Of a DNA stretch of 64,000 bases, positions 52,306 to 62,648 are shown piece by piece. This stretch comes from Candidatus Latescibacterota bacterium (GTDB lineage Bacteria > Latescibacterota > UBA2968 > GCA-2709665), in NCBI GenBank assembly GCA_965219455.1, contig OZ244744.1:3168001-3232000 (forward strand). Direction: 5' to 3'. The notes under the pieces were generated by a model, which did no database searches, had not been told where the DNA came from, and saw nothing but the letters and a program-made list of their open reading frames with translations. Within the stretch, counting starts at the first letter, position 1, and every line of letters begins with the position of its first letter. A program made the position numbers and the translations under genes.

Positions 52306-54243
52306 TCAGGAGGCCACCGGCTCCCGCGCTTCGGGTGCGGCAATGATCTTTCGAATGGTATCCTCTTCCGAACCGCAGCACCCGTTACCCTTCTGGCTGT
52401 CGTCTATGACAGGAAGCTCGAGTTCGCCGTTTTCCGCCTCCCGGACTCGCAGCGTATGGTCCGCCTCCGGCAGCGGCATGTCGCGGTTGCCCGCGTAGAT
52501 GGGGTGCCGGCCTCTGGTTTTGAACCAATCGGCCGTTGAGGCGGTCACATGCATATTCTCTATAATCTGACGCCAGCCGACCCCCGTGTTATACGCGCAG
52601 AAGGAGATCTCGCCTTCCTGGGTGCCGTACGGGATCACGCACATTTCCGTTCGTCGGAAATCGTAGGTCCACAGGTCCTGGAACCACATCCCGCCTACCC
52701 ACATAATGCGCCACTGCCTGTCGGCGGGCCTCGGACCGCCGCTGATGGAACCACCCACCCTGCGGTCCAGAATCCGCGCAAGATCCTGAAGGCCAAACCC
52801 GGCCGGCGCCTTCCTGTCGTCGAAATTCCGAAGCAGCGACATGCCGACCTGCAACTTGATCCATTTGGGGTCCCGCGCGGTATCGGTCATCACTTCGATG
52901 TCCTTCATAAACTGTTCCTGGTTGAAGAACTCGGTGATGGGCGCCCACTGCTTGGTCTTCTCATTCACGATAATATGGGCCGCGGAACCACAGTTGGGGT
53001 GACAGGAGCAGGTCTGACCGCCGAACTCGACGTCCTGCCCCCGCAAGTGGTCGGCAAGCGTGGTAAACAGCGTCCCCGATCCCAGCGGATACCAATCCCG
53101 GTGGACGTCGATTTTCCCCTCGGACCATGTCTGCAGATCGTAAGCGAGATGGGAAATGGTGTAACGCTGCCGGTGGCGCATCTCGTCGGTGATTTCCTCG
53201 TCCCGCCCGGTAAACGACACGGGCTGAAAGGAAATTGAACCGACCTTGTCGCTGTTATCGATGCAGAATTGGAGAATCGGCCCCACCTGGTCGTTGTTGA
53301 TGGTGTTCAGAACCGTCGTGACCGGTGTAATATCGATTCCGGCGCGGGAGAGGTTTTCCATTGCCAGCAACTTGGCGTCGAACAGATTGGAAATGTGCCG
53401 ATGCTGGTTGGCCGCATTCGTTACGCCGTCGAACTGCAGATAGGCCATGTCGAGACCCGCCGCCTTCGCCTCGAACGCAAAATCCGGTTCTTCGGCAAAG
53501 CGCAGCCCGTTGGTCGCGGCCTGCACACACCAATAGCCGACCGCCTTGGCATACCGGCACGCATCGAGAAAATGCGGCGAAATCGTGGGTTCTCCGCCCG
53601 AGAATTGTACCGACATCTGACGGCGTGGTTTAAAGGAAATCGATGCATCCAGGATCCGTTTCACGTCGTCCATTGTCAATTCATGGACATAACCCACCTG
53701 GTTCGCGTCCATAAAACAGGGATTGCACATCATATTGCAGCGGTTGGTCAGGTCGATCGTGAGCACGGCCCCCCGCCCGTACTTTATGCTGGACGTACCG
53801 TGCCGGTGCACGTGCGCGTCTCCCCAGGTGCTGTAATCGCGCCCGGGAAAACGGCCCTCGATAAGACGCGTGAACTCAGGATCGATTGACAACACGTCTT
53901 CGTAGGGGCCGTGGATCGAGCATGTCTTACGCATCAGAATACATCCGTTTTCCTCGAGGATCTGTGCCCTGATCTCTCCGGGATTGCCGTGTACCAGTTC
54001 TCCTATATCCCGCCTGCCTTCAATAATGGCGGTCCGGACCTCCTTCACGCAATCCGGGCATAGCGAATCGGTTTCGCGTGGAAAACCCAGTGTCGGCATC
54101 GATCGCTGATAACTCTTCAGCAGGGGCGCCGAGGCCCAGGCAGGTTGGAATGGCTGACCCTCGGGGAGGCTTGTATTCACGCTCTGGAAGACATTCCAGG
54201 CGACGTTGGCAGCCCCTGAAACGACGCGGTCACGAAAACTCAT
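52306..54243 (-). CDS. Radical SAM protein, tetraether lipid synthase (Tes/MJ0619)-like
   Basis: SLCPDC...KTCSIHG, DLTNRCNMMCNPCF, QFSGGEPT, YLQFDG, FQPVSFTGR, CHPNCG, MCVIPY...SFCAYN. Confidence 0.85.
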   Translation of the reverse strand: MSFRDRVVSGAANVAWNVFQSVNTSLPEGQPFQPAWASAPLLKSYQRSMPTLGFPRETDSLCPDCVKEVRTAIIEGRRDIGELVHGNPGEIRAQILEENGCILMRKTCSIHGPYEDVLSIDPEFTRLIEGRFPGRDYSTWGDAHVHRHGTSSIKYGRGAVLTIDLTNRCNMMCNPCFMDANQVGYVHELTMDDVKRILDASISFKPRRQMSVQFSGGEPTISPHFLDACRYAKAVGYWCVQAATNGLRFAEEPDFAFEAKAAGLDMAYLQFDGVTNAANQHRHISNLFDAKLLAMENLSRAGIDITPVTTVLNTINNDQVGPILQFCIDNSDKVGSISFQPVSFTGRDEEITDEMRHRQRYTISHLAYDLQTWSEGKIDVHRDWYPLGSGTLFTTLADHLRGQDVEFGGQTCSCHPNCGSAAHIIVNEKTKQWAPITEFFNQEQFMKDIEVMTDTARDPKWIKLQVGMSLLRNFDDRKAPAGFGLQDLARILDRRVGGSISGGPRPADRQWRIMWVGGMWFQDLWTYDFRRTEMCVIPYGTQEGEISFCAYNTGVGWRQIIENMHVTASTADWFKTRGRHPIYAGNRDMPLPEADHTLRVREAENGELELPVIDDSQKGNGCCGSEEDTIRKIIAAPEAREPVAS

Positions 54244-54400
54244 CTGCAGATCCCTTCATTTATATGCCACAACGACCCGATTGCCGCACTATGGAACGTA
54301 AGTTTACGCCGGAACAGCGAATTAATAAACCTCTTCAGGAGTGAGACAGTAAGGAATATAAACAAAAACGAGGGACCGTCAAGCGCTTCCTGTTCGCTTG

Positions 54401-55186
54401 TTACACTCGTTGTTGCAGAATTCGTTTCATGTTTTCTCCGAAAATCCTCGTACGCTCCCGCGCCGTAATCTCGGCGCCCAGCACCTTGCCCACCCCGGCC
54501 TCCATTGCCACGTCCGTCGCAAACAGCACGCGATCCGCTCCCAGTTGGCGCACCGCCATCTCGACAAATCCGTCGTCGTTCAGGCTCCCGCTCGTATCCA
54601 CGTACACGTTGGAGACCTTCCGAAGCGTCTTGATCGCCCACTCCCAGTCTCCCACGATCGGATGCCCCTCTATGATGGTGGCTTCCGGGTACAGTCGCGC
54701 GAGCCGCGCAAAATCCCCGCTGTCGGAACGATTCGTCTGCCACGGCCTGCCGGCCACCGGCGCCTGTTTTCCCCCGTGGTGCAGAATTGGCACCCCCAGA
54801 TCGATGCACCGTTCCACAATTGGCAACACCAGGGGATCCCAGCACTTGGATTGATTGTAGAGCTTCACGCCCATCATTCCGTGGTTCAGAATACACCGAT
54901 CGATTTCGACCAGGGCCTCAGTTGGAAACCGGGGGTCCAGAAACACATATCCCAGAATACGCCCGGGAAACCTCCGCATGGCGTACAGGACGCTATCGTT
55001 CACCTCGCGCATTCCGTCCGTCCGGGCGGTATTCAAACCCTGAATCGGTATCGAACAGCAAAGCTGGTCGATCTCCAGCCGATCGGCCGCCTCGATCACC
55101 ACCCGGTCGTCGTTCCATTTGCCCCGCCAGCCCACGGACGCCAGATTACCGGCGACGTGCATATGCGCGTCGATCCGCATGTCCAC
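54401..55186 (-). CDS. Amidohydrolase_2 family protein
   Basis: IDAHMH, GVKL, ILHH, NVYVDTSG, VLFATD. Confidence 0.88.
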   Translation of the reverse strand: MDMRIDAHMHVAGNLASVGWRGKWNDDRVVIEAADRLEIDQLCCSIPIQGLNTARTDGMREVNDSVLYAMRRFPGRILGYVFLDPRFPTEALVEIDRCILNHGMMGVKLYNQSKCWDPLVLPIVERCIDLGVPILHHGGKQAPVAGRPWQTNRSDSGDFARLARLYPEATIIEGHPIVGDWEWAIKTLRKVSNVYVDTSGSLNDDGFVEMAVRQLGADRVLFATDVAMEAGVGKVLGAEITARERTRIFGENMKRILQQRV

Positions 55187-55402
55187 CGCTCCTATTCAGA
55201 AGTCCCTGCTCCAAAACCTTGACGCTCCGATTTTCAATACCTATAATGCCTCTCTAGGATTGGTTTATCAAGTGGATTCGACGCGTTTACAGTTTCAACC
55301 GAGATAACATGATTGCCGGGGATGCAACCCCGGAACACCCGGACGCGGGTGCGGCATGGCGGTTGCAAATGCGCCTCCGCGCGCCAGAACAGGAGATTCC
55401 TC

Positions 55403-56305
55403 ATGCGCCGTTTTACCCGAGAACCTTATTTGACAGGGTCCGAAACCTCCGAACGAGGCCAGGTTCGAGGCACGATTGAACTCGGCGAAACGCTCGTCAT
55501 CGAGACGCCCGGCGGCGCCGACGGCGACCTCAAGCCGGGCGTGATTCCGGAAACCACAACACCGCGCGGCTCACGCCAGGGAGGTCCGTTTCTGATCGAC
55601 GGCATCGAACCCGGCGACTGGGTTTCCATTGAAGTTATCGATATTGAGGTGGGTCCCTACGGCTATTACAACAACGGCGGACCGTTTCGAGGCAGCCTGC
55701 GTTCCGTCGCTCCGGTCAAAGACGGCCTCCTGCACTTCCCCCCGGACTTCGTGGTCCCCGTCCGCCCCATGATCGGCGTCATCCAACTGGCGCCGGTCTC
55801 CGAACACACGGGACCGTGGAACCACGGCGGCAATATGGACTACAACACCATCTGTCCAGGCAGCACCGTACATATCCGGTCTCAGCGATACGGCGGTCAC
55901 TTCTACGTGGGCGACGTCCACGCCCGCATGGGCGACGGCGAACTCACCGCCACCGGCGTTGAAATCGACTCCGCGCTCACGCTGCGCTTCGACCGGTCCC
56001 CCGGCTTTCCCACCGGCGGTCCCGTTGTGGAAACCCCCGACGAAATCCTCACCAGCGGCATGGGCGCAAACTGGGAAGAGGCGCTGAAAATCGCCTGGAG
56101 CGACATGGTCGGCCTTATCGCCGACCGTTACGACACCACCGTGGAACACGCCAACCTCATCGTGGGTACCATTGGCGACGCGCGGCCGGGGTACGCCGCC
56201 GGGCAACTGAACACGCAGGGTTTCCGTAGAGAAAACGCCTACGTCACCTGCCAGATCGGCATCACGAAAGACCTGAAAAGAACCGGCCGACCTTTCCAGC
56301 CGTAG
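55403..56305 (+). CDS. Acetamidase/formamidase family protein
   Basis: PMIGVI, HGGNMD, GDVHARMGDGE. Confidence 0.85.
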   Translation: MRRFTREPYLTGSETSERGQVRGTIELGETLVIETPGGADGDLKPGVIPETTTPRGSRQGGPFLIDGIEPGDWVSIEVIDIEVGPYGYYNNGGPFRGSLRSVAPVKDGLLHFPPDFVVPVRPMIGVIQLAPVSEHTGPWNHGGNMDYNTICPGSTVHIRSQRYGGHFYVGDVHARMGDGELTATGVEIDSALTLRFDRSPGFPTGGPVVETPDEILTSGMGANWEEALKIAWSDMVGLIADRYDTTVEHANLIVGTIGDARPGYAAGQLNTQGFRRENAYVTCQIGITKDLKRTGRPFQP

Positions 56306-56408
56306 ACCGGCGGGTACTTCCGGTTGCCACCACCGTGGGTATCATATCGTCATACGGTATGCTCGCGCCCCGGCAGATGGCGCGTTTTCGTCTACCAGAG
56401 GAGACCTC

Positions 56409-58565
56409 ATGTTCCATCACGACGAATTCCCCGACAAAATCGTTCACATCTCGGATGCGTCTTTCTTCGAAGCCCTGGTTCCGGACCTCCCCGGGCTCGA
56501 TGGGGTCCGGATTGGCGCGGATCCGAGACGTTACGACGAGGCATTCGACGCCTGGTGGCGGTATTTTCTGTCCCGTACGAAACCGGTCAATCCTCACGCG
56601 CATTCCCTGGACGAACTCAGGCCGAGAGTCGCGGTAAACCGGGACCTGGCCGACACCATCCTCAGCGGAGGACGCCGGCAATTCGGCCAGGTCGAAATCG
56701 ACTTCGCCGGGCCGATTGCGTTTAACGCCTGGTTCGGCGACCAGTCCAAATACGGCTTCCACTACCTCGGCTGGATGGATTGCCTGACGAGGGCCGCCCT
56801 GGACACGGGCGATGCGCGGTACATCGAGGCCTACCTGGAAATCATCGGACAATGGTACGCCGTCCGACACGAAATCAAAGGCGCCCGTCGGATGCATCCG
56901 GTCTTCTACGAACGGGGACTCTCCGTAAGAAGCCACCGATTCGTGAATTTCCTTTACGCCGTCAAGCTTTTGGAAATGGGCCACCTGCTTTCCCCGGACC
57001 ATATCCGCCTGTTCTTCAAGTCACTTCTGGGCGCGGGCCGCTGGCTGACGCTGGAACAGAACGCAACAGGCTACCGGACCGGAAACTGGCAGGTGCATGG
57101 CATTTCGGCTATGCTCCTCATTGGTTTTCTTCTACCTGAATTCCGTGAATCCGACGCCTTCCGTACCGTCGGCGCGCACTACCTCGAGCAGCACATGGAG
57201 AATGATTATTACGCGGACGGCGGCCACAGCGAACGTTGCTATTCCTACGGAAGCGGCTGCCTGCGCCACCTGGAAGAGGCCACCCTCCTGGCCGAGGCCA
57301 ACCCGGACCTCCTCCCGCCTCAGACCCTGGATTGGCGGGAGCGAACCTCAAATGCCTACGCGTGGTTCCTCAAGATGGCCGGACCAGGGGGCGAACTGCC
57401 TGGAATAAACGACGGCGGCTTCATGGACGGGACGGAACTCCTGAAACAGGCCGGCGGCTTCACCGGAGACGCCGCGTATCTGTGGCCCATTCGCCACAAA
57501 CGGGACGCGATCGATCCCGCACCCCGCAAACCCGATTTTGAGAGCCTGCGACTGGAATCCAGCGAATTCTGCGTGATGCGCTCCGGTTGGGAGCCGGAGG
57601 ACACCTTCATGCTCGTCAACCACGGACAATGGCCCGGCGGGCACAGTCATATGGGCATTCTGGACATCAACCTCTACGCCCGCGGTATCCCCCTTGTCGC
57701 CGAAGTCTCCCGTTTCGGGCCCTACGATGCCCCCTGGGATATGTATTTCCGTTCCGAACAGGCGCACAACCACGTCGTCATCGAAGGGGCCCCTTCCGCC
57801 CGGCCTGAGATACGCGGCGAACACATACAGTTCGGCAGCACCGCATCCTGGGACTTTTTCTCCGGCCGGCACCGCGCGTACGAAGCCAGCGCGGGGGTCG
57901 TGATCGAACGCAGAATTCTGTTTTTCAAACCATGGGGCTTTCTCGTCTCGGACGCCGTCGCGTGTACCCATCGTCGGAGAAGCGCGCTCTGGTATCTCCA
58001 CAGCGTCTTTCCCTTCGCCATAAACGGTACCGCCGCCGTTGCCGAAGGCGACGATGCCGGCCTCCTCGTTGCGCCCGCGAACCCCAGGCAGCTCAAATAT
58101 GCGTTCAATGGCATCGACTACCTGGAGGAAATGGTGCGGGAAATCCCTGTATATTCCGGCGATGCGTCCTCCACGCCGTGGCCGGACCGTTATTTCATCG
58201 CCCTTCGAGGTTGGGGTGTCGAGCAGCCTATCACCCCATTCGACATTCTCCTTATGCCATATAAAGGCGCGCGCCCTGAGGCCACGGTCACGGCGCTCGA
58301 GTGTCAGGTCGATGGCAGCGCCGAATCTCCCATTCTGCCTCGCGCGCTGCAAGTTACCGCCGGGGAACATCACCATCTCGTGTTTCACGGCACCCCCGGC
58401 GTCACCGTCGCCGTTAACGACATTTCCTTCTCGGGACATACAGCCGCTATCGAATACCGGAACGGCCGTCCCGTGAATGCCTTCGTTCACGGCGGGAGAC
58501 ACCTGACGGTGAATGGCAGAGAAATCGCCATCTCAGGTGCGCCGACCCAGGAAATCGAACTCTGA
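56409..58565 (+). CDS. Heparinase II/III-like polysaccharide lyase
   Basis: GNWQ, DGGHSERCYSY, VMRSGW, GHSH, AHNHVVI. Confidence 0.82.
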   Translation: MFHHDEFPDKIVHISDASFFEALVPDLPGLDGVRIGADPRRYDEAFDAWWRYFLSRTKPVNPHAHSLDELRPRVAVNRDLADTILSGGRRQFGQVEIDFAGPIAFNAWFGDQSKYGFHYLGWMDCLTRAALDTGDARYIEAYLEIIGQWYAVRHEIKGARRMHPVFYERGLSVRSHRFVNFLYAVKLLEMGHLLSPDHIRLFFKSLLGAGRWLTLEQNATGYRTGNWQVHGISAMLLIGFLLPEFRESDAFRTVGAHYLEQHMENDYYADGGHSERCYSYGSGCLRHLEEATLLAEANPDLLPPQTLDWRERTSNAYAWFLKMAGPGGELPGINDGGFMDGTELLKQAGGFTGDAAYLWPIRHKRDAIDPAPRKPDFESLRLESSEFCVMRSGWEPEDTFMLVNHGQWPGGHSHMGILDINLYARGIPLVAEVSRFGPYDAPWDMYFRSEQAHNHVVIEGAPSARPEIRGEHIQFGSTASWDFFSGRHRAYEASAGVVIERRILFFKPWGFLVSDAVACTHRRRSALWYLHSVFPFAINGTAAVAEGDDAGLLVAPANPRQLKYAFNGIDYLEEMVREIPVYSGDASSTPWPDRYFIALRGWGVEQPITPFDILLMPYKGARPEATVTALECQVDGSAESPILPRALQVTAGEHHHLVFHGTPGVTVAVNDISFSGHTAAIEYRNGRPVNAFVHGGRHLTVNGREIAISGAPTQEIEL

Positions 58566-58633
58566 TGCAGGACTGAGTCCTGGCACACGTCGAAGCAACC
58601 GTGTCTCACCACCCCCAAACTTCCCTATTTCCT

Positions 58634-58752
58634 TGCCCTTTTTCTTGCTTCGCCCAAGAAAAAGGGCGAAAAAGAAGGGCGCCGCTCGGCGCGGGGCCGG
58701 TTTTTCCGTGAATCACCTCAGGGGCACAAATGGGAATTCGGTGCCCTACTAG
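58634..58752 (+). repeat. Hairpin repeat element (copy of 45005-45097) abutting the IS1380 end
   Basis: ctttttcttgcttcgcccaagaaaagggcgaaaaagaagggcgccgctc. Confidence 0.75.
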
Positions 58753-60636
58753 CCCTAAAATAAGCGAGTATCGTGTGCGCCACAGTGATTTGTGTTTGTG
58801 TTGAGGCGTTGGTGTCGATTTATATGGAATTGGCGTTTTGGATGGTTTTTAGGGCCGTGTTTGTCGTGGTCGCTATGGTAAATTGAGTATCCGAAGTGGC
58901 GTTGAGACGCGTGGTGGACACACCGGTCCGTTGAGGGGTGTGGGGATGGCGCCGCGTTTGTGTGTCATCGGTGGTGCTGCATTGGTGTTATCCAAATCCG
59001 GTGCGTTCAATGATACGCCAGGTGCTGAAGAGGCGATCGAGGGTGGGTTGATAGCCGATGAGCCGTAACGTGGTGGTGCGCGCGCGTTGGATGACGTGGC
59101 AGGGAATCAAGATAATGCTGTGGATGAAGCGCCGGAATTCCATGCAGACGTACTGCTGTCGATCACGGTGTCTGTGCATCATCATGGCAAACCAGGATTT
59201 GAGGTTCCAGGCCAGGGCGGCGATGACCATATAGGCCCAGTTGCTGACCAGGTCATACAGGGGCACGCGCAAGGCGTTGACGCCGTTTTTGAGTTGCTCG
59301 ATGACGTTCTCCTGATCGCAGCGTTGGTTGGCGCAGGCGACGATCTCTTGGGGGGTCACGTCCGTGCGTGTCGTGATATAGAAGAAATAACGGCATTCGT
59401 CGAACAGGACAAGGTCGCCCTTCATTTTGCTGATGTTCTTGCGCAGGACCACGACGCGATACCCACGTTTACAGCGCGTGGGTTGGTAGTTGAACTCGGC
59501 CACGTGTTCGTGGTTCAGCACCAGGTTGGCGTAGGCCCGCTTGTGGACGATGCGCTGTTTCTCGTGGGGCTGATTGCGCTTCCGCTTCTGGTCGGTCACG
59601 GTGTGATAACGGGGTTTGCGTTGCAGGGGCTGCCATTGTGCCTCGTCGAGGGCCTCGGCACGGGAACGCATCGCCGCGTTGGCGTCCATCCCGAAGATGA
59701 AGTCGACGCTTTTGGCCCAGCGATCAAGATGTCGAGTCAAGAAAAAGTCGGTGTCGCCACGCACACAGATGCGCTTGGCGTGGGGCTGCACCAGGTCGAT
59801 GGCCGCGTCGATCCACTGTGCCGCACCGGTGTGGCTGGGCACATTCCCCGGTCGGTTGACCAGGAAGAGCACTTCCTTCGTGTTGGAAAGTGAGATCACC
59901 AGCGGATGGTAGCCCCAGATGCCCTGGTAAGAGATGTCCATACCCCTCTTGCGCTTGCCATACGTGGGCACGTTTGTGCCGTCCACATCGATATAGGTGA
60001 TGTCACCAAGCAATTTGCGGCCACGCGATGCCCACAAGGAGGATCGCACCGCGTTGATGCACGCCATCAGTTCGACGATGTCCCGTTCCGAGAAGCGTCG
60101 GCAAAAGTCACCCGCCGTGGTCGGATCGGGAATCAACTTGGCGCCCAGGGCATTCATGTAGGCCCCGTCACTTCGCAAACGCTCGATATCCTCCAGGCGC
60201 GTGCCGCCGCATAACACGTTGTATGTGATGTTTAGTACGTGGTCCGACTCATGATAGGGCAGATGCACCTTCAACAAGGACAGTGACGCGTCGATGCGCT
60301 TGGGCAGACCCAGCTTGGTGACCAGGCGATGCACGGCGCCGATGCCTCCGTAACTCATCGCGTCGGTGTAGGCGCCTACCTCGTAGTGCACTTTGCCAGG
60401 ACTGAACATGGGCCGGCGCTGGGCCTGCCAATGCCCCGCTCGACCGTGGCGGGCGGCCACTTTGCGTTTGCGACGAGCACGATTCCTGCGGCTGTCATCA
60501 ACCGATATTCTTTTCACCGGAAAGGTCTCCTGCGTTGGCGTGATGATTTCTAGCACAATCCATCTATCTCCAACAACGGTAGGCCTTTCCGGTCTCTTGG
60601 ACCAGAAAAATTTCACTGGTCACGCTTGTTTAAGGC
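58753..60636 (-). mobile_element. IS1380-family insertion sequence
   Basis: Terminal IRs cctaaaataagcgag / ccttaaacaagcgtg (12/15); CTAG at 58749-58752 and 60637-60640. Confidence 0.88.
58988..60517 (-). CDS. IS1380-family DDE transposase (start uncertain)
   Basis: PDPTTAGDF, IDVDGT, GYHPL, RPGN, RGDTDF, RCDQENVIEQLK, LAWNL. Confidence 0.92.
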   Translation of the reverse strand: MKRISVDDSRRNRARRKRKVAARHGRAGHWQAQRRPMFSPGKVHYEVGAYTDAMSYGGIGAVHRLVTKLGLPKRIDASLSLLKVHLPYHESDHVLNITYNVLCGGTRLEDIERLRSDGAYMNALGAKLIPDPTTAGDFCRRFSERDIVELMACINAVRSSLWASRGRKLLGDITYIDVDGTNVPTYGKRKRGMDISYQGIWGYHPLVISLSNTKEVLFLVNRPGNVPSHTGAAQWIDAAIDLVQPHAKRICVRGDTDFFLTRHLDRWAKSVDFIFGMDANAAMRSRAEALDEAQWQPLQRKPRYHTVTDQKRKRNQPHEKQRIVHKRAYANLVLNHEHVAEFNYQPTRCKRGYRVVVLRKNISKMKGDLVLFDECRYFFYITTRTDVTPQEIVACANQRCDQENVIEQLKNGVNALRVPLYDLVSNWAYMVIAALAWNLKSWFAMMMHRHRDRQQYVCMEFRRFIHSIILIPCHVIQRARTTTLRLIGYQPTLDRLFSTWRIIERTGFG

Positions 60637-60878
60637 CTAGATACATAACGGGTCCTGCGGTCAAGCGATCATCGAATGGACGAACTGTCGCCTGCCTCAC
60701 GCCCTTTATTGATATCTACCCCCGGGCTCACGATGGCTCGCTGCCGCGTGCTGATTCGATAGCATGCGCCCTCCTCCCGAAGGCGCCTGGTTTTGGAGTT
60801 TTTTGTTGCGTAAAGTTCTATCGTCCCGTATTATTAGTGGTCTGTGTCCCTTTTCAGGATCAACGGCAGGACGGCCCC

Positions 60879-62207
60879 ATGTTCGATCATCTCACCCAAA
60901 AGTTGGAAGGGGTTTTCAAGAAGCTTCGTAGCCGCGGCAGGTTGGCCGAAGCCAATATTGATGAAGCGCTGAGAGACGTGCGCCGTGCGCTTCTGGAGGC
61001 GGACGTCAATTATAAAGTGGCGCGGTCGTTTGTTGCCCGTGTAAAGGAGAGGGCAATCGGGCGGGGGGTGTTGCGAAGCATCACGCCCGGTCAGCAGGTA
61101 GTCAAGGTGGTTCATGACGAGTTGATCCACCTCATGGGAGACGAGCACCAGGAGTTGAATCTGCCCGGACCGGCGCCGAACGTGGTGATGGTTGTCGGTC
61201 TCCAGGGGTCGGGCAAGACAACGCTGTGCGCCAAGCTGGCGCGACTCCAGAAAGGGAAGGGCCGGCGGCCCCTCCTTGTAGCGGCTGATATTTACCGACC
61301 GGCAGCTGTCGACCAGCTTTGCGTACTCGGCGCGTCAATAGACGTGCCGGTTCACCGGGCGGCGGAAGGGACCGATCCGGTGGTGATTTGCGCCGAGGCC
61401 GTGGACGCGGCGCAGACGGACGGGATGGACCCGGTGATTCTGGATACGGCCGGCCGGTTACACGTGGATGATGAGCGGATGGGGGAGTTGGAGCGGATAC
61501 GTGACGCGGTTTCGCCGGGTGAGATTCTGTTTGTCGCGGACGGGATGACCGGGCAGGATGCGGTTTCAGCGGCGACGGCGTTTTACGAGCAACTCAACTT
61601 TACGGGAGTGGTACTTACGCGTCTAGATAGCGATACGCGGGGTGGCGCGGCGCTATCGATCCGTGAAGTCACGGGTGTACCCATCAAATTCGCGGGCGTC
61701 AGCGAAAAGGTGGATGGAATCGAGCCTTTTCATCCGGATCGGATGGCCTCCCGGATTCTGGGTATGGGCGATGTCGTGACGCTGGTGGAGCGGGCACAGG
61801 ACGCAGTGGATGTGAAGCAGGCGCAGAAGCTGGAGAAGAAGCTGCGAAGCGCCGCATTTACATTCGATGACTTTCTGCAGCAGTTGGAACAGGTTCGCAA
61901 GATGGGGCCATTGAACCAGTTAATGGACCTGATCCCCGGGGCGGGGAAGGCAATGAAGGGCCTGCAGGTGGATGAAGATGCGTTTGTGCATACTGAAGCG
62001 ATCATCCTGTCGATGACACGGCAGGAGCGGGCCAGCCCCCAGATCCTGAATGGCAGCAGGCGCCGCCGCATTGCGAAAGGCAGCGGGTGTAACATCCAGG
62101 AGGTCAACAGGCTGATCAAGCAGTTCGGGATGATGCGCAAGATGATGAAACGGATGTCGCGGATGGAGAAGCAGGGCCGCGGCGTGGGTGTGCCGTTTTC
62201 GGGTTGA
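60879..62207 (+). CDS. ffh: Signal recognition particle protein
   Basis: ALLEADV, GLQGSGKTT, DTAGR, RILGMGD. Confidence 0.98.
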   Translation: MFDHLTQKLEGVFKKLRSRGRLAEANIDEALRDVRRALLEADVNYKVARSFVARVKERAIGRGVLRSITPGQQVVKVVHDELIHLMGDEHQELNLPGPAPNVVMVVGLQGSGKTTLCAKLARLQKGKGRRPLLVAADIYRPAAVDQLCVLGASIDVPVHRAAEGTDPVVICAEAVDAAQTDGMDPVILDTAGRLHVDDERMGELERIRDAVSPGEILFVADGMTGQDAVSAATAFYEQLNFTGVVLTRLDSDTRGGAALSIREVTGVPIKFAGVSEKVDGIEPFHPDRMASRILGMGDVVTLVERAQDAVDVKQAQKLEKKLRSAAFTFDDFLQQLEQVRKMGPLNQLMDLIPGAGKAMKGLQVDEDAFVHTEAIILSMTRQERASPQILNGSRRRRIAKGSGCNIQEVNRLIKQFGMMRKMMKRMSRMEKQGRGVGVPFSG

Positions 62208-62348
62208 GGCGGATTTTTTGTCGGCACAGCGACGGCCCGCCGACTGGCAATGCGGTTGGCATCCGACATTCGCGTTCTGAAATTTCGAATCGCTGAACCC
62301 GATGTTGAAATCGTCGAGATGTATGGCATCTAAACAGGAGGATGGATT

Positions 62349-62645
62349 TTGGTAAGGATTCGATTGACCCGAAAGGGCGCCAGGAACGCGCCGTTTTACA
62401 GGGTCGTGGTCGCAGATGGCCGGTTCCCCAGGGACGGTCGGTTCATTGAAAATCTGGGGTACTACGATCCAACCGAGAATCCGCAGGTTGTGCGGTTGAA
62501 CGCTGAACGGACGCGCCACTGGCTGGATTCGGGCGCTGTGCCGTCAGGAACGGTGAAGAGTCTGCTTCGGCAGCAGGGAATTCTGAGACCGGCCAGTATT
62601 TCCGCAGGAGATACGGACGAAACGGACCCTGAAGCCGAGGAATAG
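62349..62645 (+). CDS. rpsP: 30S ribosomal protein S16
   Basis: VRIRLTR, PFYRVVVAD, RDGRFIE. Confidence 0.97.
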   Translation: MVRIRLTRKGARNAPFYRVVVADGRFPRDGRFIENLGYYDPTENPQVVRLNAERTRHWLDSGAVPSGTVKSLLRQQGILRPASISAGDTDETDPEAEE

Positions 62646-62648
62646 TCC

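Noticed and set aside
60640-60878. SRP RNA (ffs) or an N-terminal extension of Ffh from 60393
   Set aside because: No SRP helix-8 motif seen; the extension runs through IS sequence, and the real start is ATG 60879.
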